This document shows positions 12,598-25,094 of a stretch of DNA of 51,170 nt, piece by piece. Under the pieces are notes generated by a model. It was not told where the DNA came from. It was given only the letters and a program-made list of their open reading frames with translations, and made no database searches. The stretch's first letter is position 1. The number at the start of each line of letters is the position of its first letter. A program made the translations under genes and the position numbers. This DNA comes from Malacoraja senta (taxonomy: Eukaryota). The stretch is taken from NCBI GenBank assembly GCA_038087875.1, contig JAXLNO010004732.1, positions 1 to 51,170 on the forward strand, written 5' to 3'.

Positions 12598-13641
12598 TAG
12601 GTATGTTACAAAACTTACCTTCAGCGGCGCTGCAGTTCTGTCACTGCCCGTGTGCGCGACTTTGGCGCCTTTGAGAGGGGGCCGGGTTTAAAATGCGATA
12701 TTTCGGCAGCCTGTTCTAAACGATCTTGAACAGGCTAAATAGTTGATGAAGAAAAATCGCTTCGACTGCCGTTTTATTAAGTTTATTAATATTAGCGCTT
12801 TATAATTTAATTGGCGGAGTAAAATTAAAATCATCTTCAAATGCCGTAAACGCCGACAACGGGGACGGATTTCACGCACGGGACAAGGCAAGGTACACCA
12901 TTTATTTTTTCATATAAACTTGCTTCTTAGGATGCCTTTAATAAAAATTTAAAGTTGCGAAAATGTGATTATTTAAATATACCAACCGGCTGTATTTTTC
13001 CTGCCGATATTGGGGTTTAATTCAGTGCAACCGCAGCGTTCCAAACCAGCGCGTTCCACAAAATCCCACTCGCAAGATGATTTAAATGACCATTAATTTA
13101 CAGGAATTAAACACTAAATTCCTTCCATTTGGCCTATAAATTAATGACAATGAGATTTAAAAATCATGTTATATTGTGAATTCTTGTGAAATGTTATTTG
13201 GACACTTAGGCTTTTTAAAAAATGTTAACTTTTTCTTAAGAAATGGATAGATATTTAGATCTAGTAATTGAATTTTGTAATTAGCTACAATTGGGTAACT
13301 AACTAATTATATGCTTTAATTTCAGGTCATCCAAGTAAGATTGTTTCATATTTGTTTCAGAATGCTTCAATCTATAATAACTGAAAATGTCATTAAGTTC
13401 TCTTAATTTTTAAGAAAGTTATGGGCTTTTGACTGTCCTTGATCACAGCTTTTGTGTTAAGTCAATGGAAAAGCAATAGGGAACAAGATGCTAATTTCCG
13501 AGTATGAAAATGGCCAAACTTTTTTAATACAGAAGATATGAAAGTGGATTAGGTGTCAAATTAAACTTCTTTTTATGCTTTATCTGATGGGATAAATTGC
13601 AGACTTGATTTTTAAAATCTCAAAATTTTGTGACATTGCTA
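12598..13641. mobile_element. ~1.04-kb non-autonomous DNA transposon-like element in the intron after the alpha-3 exon
   Basis: Imperfect TIRs TAGGTATGTTACAAAACTT / TAGCAATGTCACAAAATTT (15/19); CATC directly repeated on both sides; no ORF. Confidence 0.6.
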
Positions 13642-13879
13642 CATCCCATGTAGTACATCCCATATTCCAAGATGCTTAAACTTTCTTTGTTTAGTGGTGT
13701 TGCTCTAAGTAATCACGTAATCAGCACCCACTCTCCACATGAGCAGAAGACTTTGTCAACAGAAAATTTATTAAAAGTAAGTAAATAAATAACTAATATA
13801 CAAGGAAGGAGTATTTGGGATTCTCAGTGGTGGAACTGATATCCATGAAAGGTATGTTTAAATAAAAAATGAATCTTTC

Positions 13880-15010
13880 CTCATGATGTGATTAACAGCA
13901 AGGCACTGGAGGAGTACATGCCCCAATCTGAATCAATAGTCTGAAGTGGAAATGATTGAGAGCTTTGTGTTCCTTGGCATGAATATATCCAATATTCGGT
14001 CATGGACTGACCACATAGCCAAGGAGGCACACCGACACCTCTACTTCCTCAGGAGACTGAGAATATTCATCATGTCTCTGGTGACTCTAGCAAACATCTA
14101 TAGATGCCGCTAGAGAAAGCATGTTGTTGGGTTGCATCACATCTTGATTTGGGAACTGCACTGCCCAAGACTGCAAGAATATACAAAGAGTTAGAGAGAT
14201 TAGAGAGATTCCTTTATTTGTCATTCAGACCTTTCGGTCTGAACGAAATTTCGTTGCCTGCAGTCATACATATAATAATAAATGACAAAACACACAATAA
14301 ACACAAATTAACATCCACCACGGTGAGTTCACCAGGCACCTCCTCACTGTGATGGAGGCAAAAGTCTTAAAGTCTCTGTCTCTTCCCGCTTTCTTCTCCC
14401 TCTGCGCTGAGGCGATCCAGGCTTCTGATGCTGTGGCCCCGCCGGGCGACGGTAAGCCAGTCCAGCGGCCGAATCCGTGCTCCACGACGGGCCGGCTCAA
14501 ACTCCGCGGCCCGGGGTGGTCGAAGCTGCCGAAGCTGCCGGCAGCTTCGACCACCCCGGGCCGCGGAGTTTGATCATCACACAGCCCAGACTTCCCACTA
14601 TTGACCCAATCTACACCAGGTTGCCTTGGAAAACGAGACTTATCACACCTTTCTCACATTCCTCCTTCCTGCTCCCATCAGGCAATAGGTACTGAAAGTT
14701 GAAAATAAGCACTGCCAGACTCAGGAACACCCCCTTTCCACCTGTTAACAGGCTTCGGAAGGGTCCTTCCATAATGTAGGTTTAATGCCCGATTCACCTC
14801 AACCTCATTGAACATTGAACATTGTCCATGGAACTGATGTGTTACAATGCTGAGAACTATATTCTGTACTCTGTATCCTCCTCTTTGCTCTATCTATTGA
14901 TTTTGAGTTTTTTATTTATCTATAGTATTATCTAATTTGTTTGGATAGCATACAAAACAAACCTTTGCGCTGTATCTTGAAACATCTGACATTAATAAAA
15001 CTAAACCTAA
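13880..15010 (+). mobile_element. Degenerate L2/Rex1-like LINE 3' end, split by a minus-strand retroposon (~14200-14573)
   Basis: aaggaggcacaccgacacctctacttcctcaggagactgag and cagcccagacttcccactattgacc motifs; (CTAAA)-type tail near 15000; insert has a (TCTCTAA)n tail. Confidence 0.6.
14497..14573. repeat. Perfect 34-bp GC-rich inverted repeat with a 9-nt loop
   Basis: Left arm TCAAACTCCGCGGCCCGGGGTGGTCGAAGCTGCC (14497-14530) is the exact reverse complement of 14540-14573. Confidence 0.95.
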
Positions 15011-15914
15011 TGAAGTAAGTTCCCTAACGCAAGTTACAGATACAGCAATGAAAAATATAACTGCCTGACAAACAGCGATCGTAGTAGTTTGATTCCAGGT
15101 ATGCTGCACTAACCTACACAAATGCTCACTTTTGAAGATTCCCTCAAACAATGCACAAATAAGGAATCTGATGTTTCACTCTGAAGACTGTTGACATACT
15201 CCAGAACTTAATTTTCAACCTATCTATGTATCATCAGCAATCTAGGCTACAGCGCCACCAGTCCATTCTTCTGCTCTTAATACCAACGATAGGTAGTTCA
15301 CTTTCTTGCATTCATTCCCATCCTGCAGTTGCAGTTTCCCAACCTAAACACTCCTTTAAGACTCTACTTGCTCTTATTTGTTTTTCCATTCATGCTAATT
15401 ATTACCCCCAATGTCTTAAGGCATGTGCCTTTGCATCACTTGATCAGATATCTTATGAAAATCCAGATATTCTGGCGACATCTGGTGGTCAGGCCACTTA
15501 TTGCTAGAACCCTCGTCAGGGGAGCTGGGACTATCATGTGACAGGGTTTTGGTGGGAGTTGGTGATGAGTTAATCGCCAGTCAACTGGTGTGCCCGATTA
15601 CAACGGCAGGAACTTTGCTCAAGTCCTTACTAAACGTGAGTGTGCCAAAACTGTATTTCTTAAAAAAAACATTGATTTGTTCACGACGCTTGGATCTCTA
15701 CAATATATTGTGTTTCTTTTGTTTCTCATTCCCATTTTGTTACCTATTCTGCTTTTCCATCATTTTGTTTTTGAATTTTGGGCTGTGCACACCTGCAAAC
15801 TACTGCTGCTCAAATATACATTGTCTACGGGTTCCTGTTGCATTTTCAAAGAATTCTAAGCAATTTCTCAAACAAAGTTTGAAGAAGGGTCCGTAAACGA
15901 AATGTCACCTGTCC

Positions 15915-16110
15915 ATGTGTAGGGAGAAACTGCAAATGCTGGTTTACACTTAAGATGGACACAAATTGCTGGAATAACTCAGCTGGTCAGGCAGCATCTC
16001 TGGAGAAAAAGAATAGGTGATGTTTCGGGTCACAATCCTTCTGACTGAGCCCATGTTCGCCAGAGATGTTGCCTATTCCGCTGAGTTACTCCAGCATTTT
16101 GTGTCTATCA
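15915..16110. repeat. Partly palindromic short interspersed repeat (gacacaaaatgctggagtaactcagc family)
   Basis: Inverted copies of gacacaaa.tgctgga.taactcagc...gcagcatctctggaga; other copies or halves near 9760, 9980, 11140, 16500 and 17870. Confidence 0.65.
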
Positions 16111-16673
16111 TGTATATTCTTTCCACTGACTGGTTAGCATGAAACAAAAGCTTTTCACTGTACCTCAGTACTCATGACAATAAACTAAACTAAAGCTTTT
16201 GTGTAAATCAGTATCTGCATCTCTTTCTTTCTACAATTTTCCTGTTAGTGCCCTGTTAATGCACTTTATTGTTTTGTTATTACTCAAATGTTCTGCCATT
16301 ACTGAAAGGAATCCAGCATTTTCCCCAAAACAGATGTTAGATTATATAGGGTTAAAGCTTTCTGCTTTCAATTCACCTTCTTTCATGAATTAAGTGCCAT
16401 AGATCATAGAGTTGTACAGAACAGATATTGCCCCTTTGCCATGTTGCAGATCTCCGTGATTCAAAACAACATATTTATATATGTTGAAAAGCGCCAAAGA
16501 TAGACACAAAATGCTGGAGTAACTCAGCGGTCAGGTAGCATCTCTGGAGAAAAGGAATAGGTGACATTTCGGGTCGAGACCCTTCTTCACCCTGAAGTCT
16601 TCAGACAGTGCCAATCTATTTAGCTGCACAGCTTAGCAATTGATTTGTAAAATTATGCATTCTTATTTTTCAG

Positions 16674-16781
16674 AAGGAAATAGGAAGAAAGACAGGCACA
16701 TAGGCCCTATTGCCGTGTGTGTGCTGATATTGCTGGCTATTGCCTTGGCAGTAATTGTTTGGAGGAGAAAAAAGAGGAGAG
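16674..16781 (+). CDS. Connecting peptide/transmembrane exon of the MHC class I-like gene
   Basis: Acceptor ttcttatttttcag|, donor |gtaag; 108 bp, phase 1-1, in frame with the alpha-3 exon. Encodes (E)GNRKKDRHIGPIAVCVLILLAIALAVIVWRRKKRR: hydrophobic helix plus basic stop-transfer. Confidence 0.85.
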
Positions 16782-17094
16782 GTAAGATGGAAAAATTGTG
16801 ATGAACTGTTGCTAGTAAAGATATTGGGCTTGAAGAAATGATCGATCTCAAGTAGGATAAGGCAGCAGCTACACCTGAAATGCCTCGACAGTCACCACTG
16901 TCAACTAATGCGGTTACACGGAGAACGTGCAAACTCCACATAGATGGCACTCAATGTCAAAATTGAACCCGGGTCTGTGTCGCTATGAGGCAGCTGCTCT
17001 ACGAGTTGTGACACTGTGCTGATCTGTTGGGGGCTCGCACTGTTCATGATCCAAGTCAGCTATGAGGCAGATTGGTTGCAGTTTAACATTTACT

Positions 17095-17390
17095 AGTTTT
17101 CTTTAGTTTAATTTAGAGATGCAGTGACGAAACAGGCCCTTCGGCCCATCGAGTCTGCGCTGACCAGTGATCCCCGCACATTAACACTATCCTATACACA
17201 CACACACCAAGCCAATTAACCTACATACCTGTACGCCTTTGGAGTGTGGGAGGAAACCTTAGATCTTGGAGAAAACACACGCGGTCACGGGGAGAACGTA
17301 CAAACTCTGTACAGACAGCATCAGTAGTCGGGATCGAATCCGGGTCTCCGGTGCTGCAAGCGCTGTAAGGCAGCAACTCTACTGCTGCAC
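17095..17390 (-). mobile_element. tRNA-derived SINE
   Basis: Well-preserved copy of the family; tRNA-like head ending near 17390. Confidence 0.7.
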
Positions 17391-18289
17391 ACAGTAGCCG
17401 CCTCCGTGGCCACTGTTGCTGGAAGACTCTATGTTTCTATGACTCAAAATTAAGTGGGAATGTGAGTAGTGGGAGAAATGGTTCAAAGTGGAAAGTCGAA
17501 TGAATGAGCAACAACATGACAGGTGGACTACAATGTGAAACATGGCAGTACTGAGTCAGAGATCTTAATTAAATACCGACATCTGTGGAGTTTGCATGTT
17601 GTTCCTGTGACTATGTGGGTTTCCCCAGGTGCTCTGGTTTCGTACCACATCCCCAAAACATTGTTTGGTAGGTTAGTTGTCCCCTGGATTGTGCATGATA
17701 CAATGTGGGGAGAGCTGATGAGAATGTAGGACAAATGTAGGATTAGTGTACATGAATGGTTGGTGCAGGTCAGTGGGACAAAGGCCATGTTTGTATGCTG
17801 CATATTTCCATGACTCTTTATGATGTAGATGCTGACTATTTTTGAATTATAAGATTGGAAAAGACTGTGAGGGATGGTGCTAGAGTAACTCAGCAGGTCA
17901 GGCAACATATAGGTGACATTCTGGTTCGAGACACTTCATGCAAATTACAATGGGTATTCCTCCGCTTAAGTCTGATAGTAGTGTACAGATGCACCTCGAC
18001 CACTGACGTGCTCAACAAGTGCCCCAATGAGTTGAATTAAAGTATGTTTGGAGTAACATGCAGCATTCCTTAAAATCTACAATTTCCTAAATCCCAAGAG
18101 AGCTGGATGATCAGGGATTTAGTGTAAATTCAGTCATCTATATCACTGGTTTCTTGCCTGTGATCACACTGTTGTAAGACATATTCTGGTGATGAATTGC
18201 AGTTCACTTTCCTCCTGTGTAAAGGAGTTATTGTGTTGAATATAACAAGTGGAAGGGAAAGTCAGTGTAGGATTTAGAGTTTGTACATA

Positions 18290-18585
18290 ATGCAGCATGG
18301 TAGTGCAGCTGGTAGAACCGCTGCCTCACAACGCCAGAGACCCAGGTTCAATCTGGACCTGGGGCACTGCCTATGTGGAGTTTGCACGTTCTCCTTGTGA
18401 CTATGTTGGCTTCCTCAGGGAGCTCCGGTTTCCTCCCATATCCCAAATATGAGCAGGTGTGCAGGTAATCATCCTCGGTAAGTCACCCTGACAGTGTAGG
18501 GGGTGGATGGGAAATCTATTATGAATGGGTGATTGCTGGTTAGTATGGATTTGGTGGCACAAATGGCCTGTTTACACACTGCATC
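18290..18585 (+). mobile_element. tRNA-derived SINE followed by a CR1 3' tail fragment (to ~18760)
   Basis: gcagcatggtagtgcagctggtagaaccgctgcctcacaacgccagagacccaggttcaatc is a tRNA-like A/B-box head. Confidence 0.7.
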
Positions 18586-19289
18586 ACTGTTTTCAAGAGA
18601 GAGTTAGATTTAGCTCTTAGGGCTAAGGGATTCAAGGGATATGGGGAAAAAGCCGGATAGGAGTACTAATTTTGGATGATCAGCCATGATTGTATTGAAT
18701 GGCGGTGCTGGCTCAAAGGGCCGAATAGCCTATTCCTGCACCTATTTTTTTATGTTTCTATCTTTCTATTAAATAAAATAAATTGGAAGACAGAAGGTAT
18801 TGACTGATGCATCTTCACGCCAGCTGTAAATGTCATAAACTGTGAGAATTGATTGCAAATGTTATACAATATTATAAAATAAACTGGGTGATCAAAATGA
18901 CAAGATGGATGAAGAGCAGAGTTTTCATTGAAATAACAGATGTGCTGCTTTCTCGAGCACTTGGCATTGGTTGTGTAATATTTCCTCTTCAAAATACAAT
19001 GTTCCCTGGCATTGCTGGTCTGAGACACCATTCAGCAAGTATATTTCCTGAAACGGAGGTTCTGCTTTCATGGTATCAAGATGTCCAACAGCTCCAGCAC
19101 CCAGAACCAAGCCATTTCTCACCTTGCCAAAACTAAGAATGCAGCAACAATTTAGTCTTTGAACATCAACAACATGCACATTTGAACTGAGGCAATGGTT
19201 AGCTTATTATCACTAAACCAGTCGTGGTCATGGGTCTGCCATTGTGGTCACTATTACTGAGGGTGATTAACTATCATTTAGCAGTGAAA

Positions 19290-19857
19290 GAGAAAAGAAT
19301 TGGCTTTTCAAGCCCACGGAGCCATAGTCATACGGCATGGAAACGGACCCTTTGCCTCAACTTGGCCATGCCAACCAAGATGCCATGTTTAAATTACAAT
19401 TTTCCTGCAATTGACCCATATCTGACTGAACCTTTCCTATCTACAGTATGTACCTGTCCATGTGTGTTCTAAAATGTTTTTTAATACCTGCCTCAACTCC
19501 TTCCCCTGGAATGTTCTTCCATATTTCCACTTCCTCTGGTTCTGAGTAACTCGTTTCCTTCTCACCTTAAACCTAAGTCCTCTGGTTCTTGATTACACAA
19601 GGCTGGTTAAAAGATTCTGTGCATTCAATCTATCTATGCTCCTTGATTTTATAAACTTCTATAAGATCACCCCTCAGCCTCTTGCGTGCCAAGGACTAAA
19701 GTCCAAGCATTCTCATCCTCTCCCTGAATCACAGGCCCTGTTAATGACATCCTTCCGATAGTGGAGTGACCAAAACTTAACACAATACTCCAAATGTGGC
19801 CTCACCAACATATTGTACAACTGTAGCAGAACATCCCAACTTTTTTATTCAGTACCT
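19290..19857 (-). mobile_element. Degenerate CR1 3' end
   Basis: caatactccaaatgtggcctcaccaaca..ttgtacaactgtagc (LEYCVQFW region) and tail motifs. Confidence 0.7.
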
Positions 19858-20341
19858 TTCTTTTAAAATCTTTTTATTGTTTTTTTTCCAAAAAACAAAA
19901 ACAGAAACAAAAATAAAACATTAAAAACAGAGGAAAAAGAATAATGATAAATATAACAATGGTATTGATACATAGGGATCAGGATTCAACACATTAATAA
20001 CAGGTATAACCTAATATGAGACCAGTGTCAAAATACACAATGAATATAGACCTCTCGGTCTCTATGTAAATATAGTTAAATCTTTAAAAGGAAACATAAA
20101 TGTAAAAAAAAGCAAAGATAAAAAGACAAAAAGAAAAAGAAAAAACAAAACCCCCATAAACTTAAAAAAATAAAAATTGATAATAATAAAATAAGAATAA
20201 AAATAAATTAAATAAATAAAACAAAACAGAGCAAAACCGAATCTGAACTGAGAAATTCAACAATTTAAGTCTGTTTGTCGTCAAGTCTGTTCCACCCTAT
20301 GAAGGTAAAATATTTTTTATAACGGTTAAAGAGGGAACAAT

Positions 20342-23300
20342 TTATGTTGTATGAAAGTGTTCAATAAATTTTCCCCAAGTCTTATCAAATTTAACCAAGG
20401 GTTCAACAATATCACTTCTGATTTTTTCTAAATTTAAACATGATATCGTTTCAGAATACCACTGGAGTGTGGTCGGAGGGTTGGAATATTTCCATTTAAA
20501 TAAAATAAATCTTCTGGCAATTAATGTGGTAAAAGCAATCAACCGATGGGCGGAGTGGGACAAATGAATAGAATCTAACATTGGTAACCCAAAAATTGCA
20601 GTAATAGGATGAGGTTGTAAATCTATACCTAAGACTACCGAAATAGTATCAAAAATTTATTTCCAATATTTTTCCAAAAGAGGGCAGGACCAAAACATAT
20701 GGGTCAGTGATGCCACTTCAGAGTTACATCTGTCACAGGTAGGATTTATATGACCATAAAAACGAGCTAACTTATCTTTTGACATATGAGCTCTGTGGAC
20801 CACCTTGAATTGTATCAAAGCGTGTCTTGCACACATTGAAGAAGTATTAACTAATTGAAGGATCCTCTCCCATTTCTCTATAGATAAAGACATTTGGAGT
20901 TCTCTTTCCCAGTCATTCTTAATTTTATCAAATGTATCTATTTGTAATTTTAAAATCAACTCATGAATAGTCGTTATTAATCCTTTCTGATAAGGGTTCA
21001 CTGTAAAAAAAATCCAAAATTTCGGGTTGATGTGGTAGCGGAAAAAGGGGTAGTTCCTTTTGTCTAATTTGTAAATATCTAAAAAAGTGTGAATTAGGTA
21101 AGTTATTGGAGAGTTGTTCGAAAGACATAAAACAACACTCCAAAAACAAATCACAAAAAGCTACTAATCCCTTCCTCTTCCATAACAAAAAAACTTGATC
21201 AGTACTAGATGGTTGGAAGAGATATTTGGATAAAATCAGATAGCCCAAAAAACTTATGAAATTGAAACCGTATTCGGAACGTATGTCTTATTATTGGGTT
21301 CGTCATATATTTATTCAATCTCGTAATTGTAAAAGGTAACGAGGTCCCTAGAATAGAAGCCAATTATAGCCCTTGTAAGGAATCACGTTCTAGGTTTATC
21401 CGTCCAGGGCATTGGGTATCTTCTAAATCTTTTGTCCAAAATGTTAAATAACGATCATTGACTGCCCAATAGTAGAGTCTAAGGTTCGGCAATGCCAAAC
21501 CACCAACTTTTTTTTATTTCTGCAGGTATTTTTTACCTAGTCTGGCATTTTTATTCTGCCATATATATGAAGATATTTTAGAGTCTATAATATCAAAGAA
21601 AGATTTGGCAATAAAAATTGGTATCGTCTGAAATAAATACAGAAATTTAGGTAAAATGAACATTTTAATAGCATTGATTCGGCCAATTAAGGATAAGGAC
21701 ATTGGTGACCATTTAGTGAACTGATGTTTAATATGGTCAATTAAAGGAATAAAATTAGCTTTAAATAAATCCTTGTGTTTCTTGGTGATCTTAATACCTA
21801 AATAAGTAAAACTTTCGGTAGTCAATCTAAATGGAAACTGTCCATAACTCGAAACAAAATTATATAATGGGAAAGCTCACTCTTACTAAGATTTAGTTTA
21901 TAACCAGAAAAACTACTGAATTGATTAAGTAATGCTACTATTGCCGGAATAGATTTCTCAGGGTTAGAAATAAATAATAACAGATCATCTGCATAAAGAG
22001 ATAGCTTATGTGTCTTATTCCCGCGGACAATACCAAAAATATTAGGGGATTCCCTAATAGCAGTGGCTAAAGTTTCCAAAGCAATATCAAATAGTAAAGG
22101 ACTTAAGGGACAGCCCTGTATAGTACCTCGAAAGAGCCTGAAAAAAGGGGATCTCTGATTATTAGTAAATACAGAAGCCTGAGGTATAAGATATATCAGT
22201 TTGATCCAAGAGATAAATTTTGGACCAATCTTAACTTTTTCAAGTATATTGAATAAGTATTCCATTCTACTCTATCAATAGCCTTCTCGGCATCAAGTGA
22301 GATGACACTTTCTGGGATTTTATTAGACGCTGTATATACAATATTTATTAATCTCCTAACATTAAAGAATGAGTAATGATTTTTAATAAAACCTGTCTGA
22401 TCTTCAGAGATAATTTGCGGTAAAATCTTTTCCAATCTCATAGCTAATATTTTGGAAAGAATTTTAAAATTTACATTGAACATTGATATAGGTCTATATG
22501 ATGTCACTTCAGTAGGGTCTTTATCTTTTTTAAAAATTAAAGAAATAGAAGCTTCATAAAAAGATTGTAGTAATCTATTCCTTAAAAAGGCTTCTTTAAA
22601 TACCTTGCATAGCCATAGAGACAATAAATTTGAGAAATACTTTTAAAATTCTACTGTAAACCCATCTAAACCGGGAGCTTTACCAGAATTCATTGAAAAA
22701 ATTGCATTCTGTATTTCCTCTTCCGTGATGGGTTCATCTAACAACAGAGACTCAGGAACATCTGGCCTCCGTAGAGGCAATAGCGGAGGCCTCAATAGGC
22801 CTGACTGGGGGAGATCTGGGGATGGGGACTGGACATTGTGCCTTCTGGTAACCATTGTGGGGGGATGATTTTTGTATGTAGTGTCTATTTTTAGTCTGTG
22901 TCCAAGATCGCGGTCGGAAGGGAGAGTGGACGCTGGCACGGTTTAGCTGCCGCTGCTCTCTCTTCACATTGTGTTTCTGATTTTTGTTTTTTTTGTTGTG
23001 TCTTTGGATCGAATTCTGTCTTTAATTTGTGTGTTGGTGAGGTCTTTATAATTTATTTTACTCCGATTATATGTTTCTTATTTGTTAAACTCTGTAAGGT
23101 GTCCTTGAGACTTTGGTATAAGGCGCCCGTAAATAAAAGTTATTATTATTATTATTATTATTGTATGGTAAATTTGGTAAGTTCAGTTTCTTTAAAAACT
23201 CATGCATTATATTGGAATCAGTAGGAAAATTTGATTGGTATAGGGAGGTATAAAATTCCTGAAAGGATTTATTAATTTCGTCATGGTCTACAGTTACTGT

Positions 23301-24480
23301 ACCATCCCGTTTACTCACTTTAGTAATCTGACGCTTGGCCGACACTGCTTTCAATTGATTAGCAAGTAATTTACCAGATTCTGCGCCATTTATATAAAAT
23401 TAACTTTTGTTTTTAAGTAACTGGTTCTCAATCGGTGATACTAATAACAAATCATAACTCAATTGAAGTTCAACTATATTCTTATAGAGCTCTAAACTAG
23501 GAGCTTTTGAATATTTTTTATCAATTTCTTTAATCTCGTCAGCCAATGTGCGTATTTCTTTTTGTGCTTGTTTTTTTAATCCCGCGGAGTATGAAATAAT
23601 TTGTCCACGAATATATGCCTTAAAAGCATCCCAAACTATACCATTGGATATTTCTTCATTAGAGTTTGTCAAGAAGTAAAAAGCAATCTGATCTTTCATA
23701 AACTTAATAAAGTTTAAGTCTTGGAGCAAAGTAGCATTAAATCGCCATTGTTTAGCACTAAACTTGGAATCAGGTAGTTTGATCAATAGTTTCACTGGTG
23801 CATGATCAGAAATAGCAATTGCATCATACTCGCATGCAATGACCGATGGAACTAGCCGAGAATCTAGTATAAATAGTCGATCCTAGAATAACTATGATAT
23901 ACATGAGAGAAAAATGAAAATTCTTTGTCATTTGCGTGTAAGAATCTCCAAATTTCTAACATTCCCGAGTCAAGTAAAAAAGAATTAATAAAATTAGCTG
24001 ATTTATTTGGAAGCACATGATCAGATGTAGACCTATCAATCGAGGGATTCAAACAGCAATTGAAGTCTCCACCCATTATTAAAAAGTGTTCATTTAAATT
24101 AGGAAAGGATGCAATTAACTGTTTAAAAAACTCAGGGTGATCAATATTTGGTGCATAGACATTCACCATTGCGACTTTTTGCCTATAAAGGAGACTGGTA
24201 ATCACCAAGAATCTGCCATATGGATCAGAAATTGTTTCATGGTGAACAAACGGAATTGAGGGGTCGATAAAAATAGAGACTCCTTTCACCTTAGCCTGTG
24301 AATTTGAATGAAACTGCTGTCCTCTCCAAAACTTGAAAAATCGTGACTTGTCATCTTGCCTTACATGAGTTTCCTGAACAAAGATAATCTGAGCATTTAG
24401 TCTGTGAAGAACTTTTTTTTAAAAATCCTCTTAATGGGATGGTTCAAGCCATTCACATTCCATGAAAGGAACTTTATACA
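20342..24480 (-). pseudogene. L1 ORF2 (EN-RT-CCHC), multiple frameshifts and stops
   Basis: Consecutive ORF fragments 23864-24289, 23400-23795, 23085-23354, 22196-22624, 21822-22265, 21514-21825, 20657-21154 and 20342-20581. Confidence 0.92.
22765..23163 (+). mobile_element. ~400-bp retroposon 3' end with (TTA)n tail, inserted in L1 ORF2
   Basis: Breaks LNLPNL | PDVPESLLLDEP; ends aataaaagttattattattatt. Confidence 0.8.
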
Positions 24481-25094
24481 TATTGCTTGTAAAAATCATG
24501 TGGGATGTAATGGGTTAGTTTCTTGAAGCCTAAAAGTTCATAATACTGGAAGAAGAAAAATCTAGGGCGGAGCCAGAAGTGACGACATTTCAGCCAATTT
24601 TGTAGTTCAGAATTTGCACAAATGGAGATCACTAAATAGGGAACAAAAGACCCCTCCCCCTTCCCCCCTCCCACCCCTGTAGAACCCCAAACTGACCAAA
24701 AGACAGTCAGCAAACTACCTAATCCCCTCCCCGATCCCATCTCTCCCAGTAACAGCGCTCAGGATAAAAAGAATAATATTTAACCACCACGTCATAACAC
24801 ATTCGTTATTATCTCTTTGAGAGAGAAGAAAAAAAAATACAGACTGGCATGGAATGCTGCTTATTATTATTCAAGGTCAAGATATGAAAAACAAGAACTG
24901 CGTTCTCTTAGTTTGTCTAACAACAGGGGAACACAAATTAACAAAGAAATTCTTAAAAGAATATATATAAAAGAAAAACAACTCGTCCAGTTAAATTCTT
25001 AATCATTACCAAACGAAATGTTGTCAAAATAGGAACAGTAAATCTCCAATTATAACTTAATCAGCTATCAATTACTCCCCTTCCTCGTCGTAGC

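Noticed and set aside
18290-18370. tRNA gene
   Set aside because: The A/B-box-like head is followed by SINE body and tail, and no full cloverleaf is evident.
17978-19136. Candidate cytoplasmic exons of the MHC gene (DAPRPLTC... near 17980; DVLLSRAL... near 18940)
   Set aside because: Weak polypyrimidine tracts and no recognisable motif; indistinguishable from chance without transcripts.
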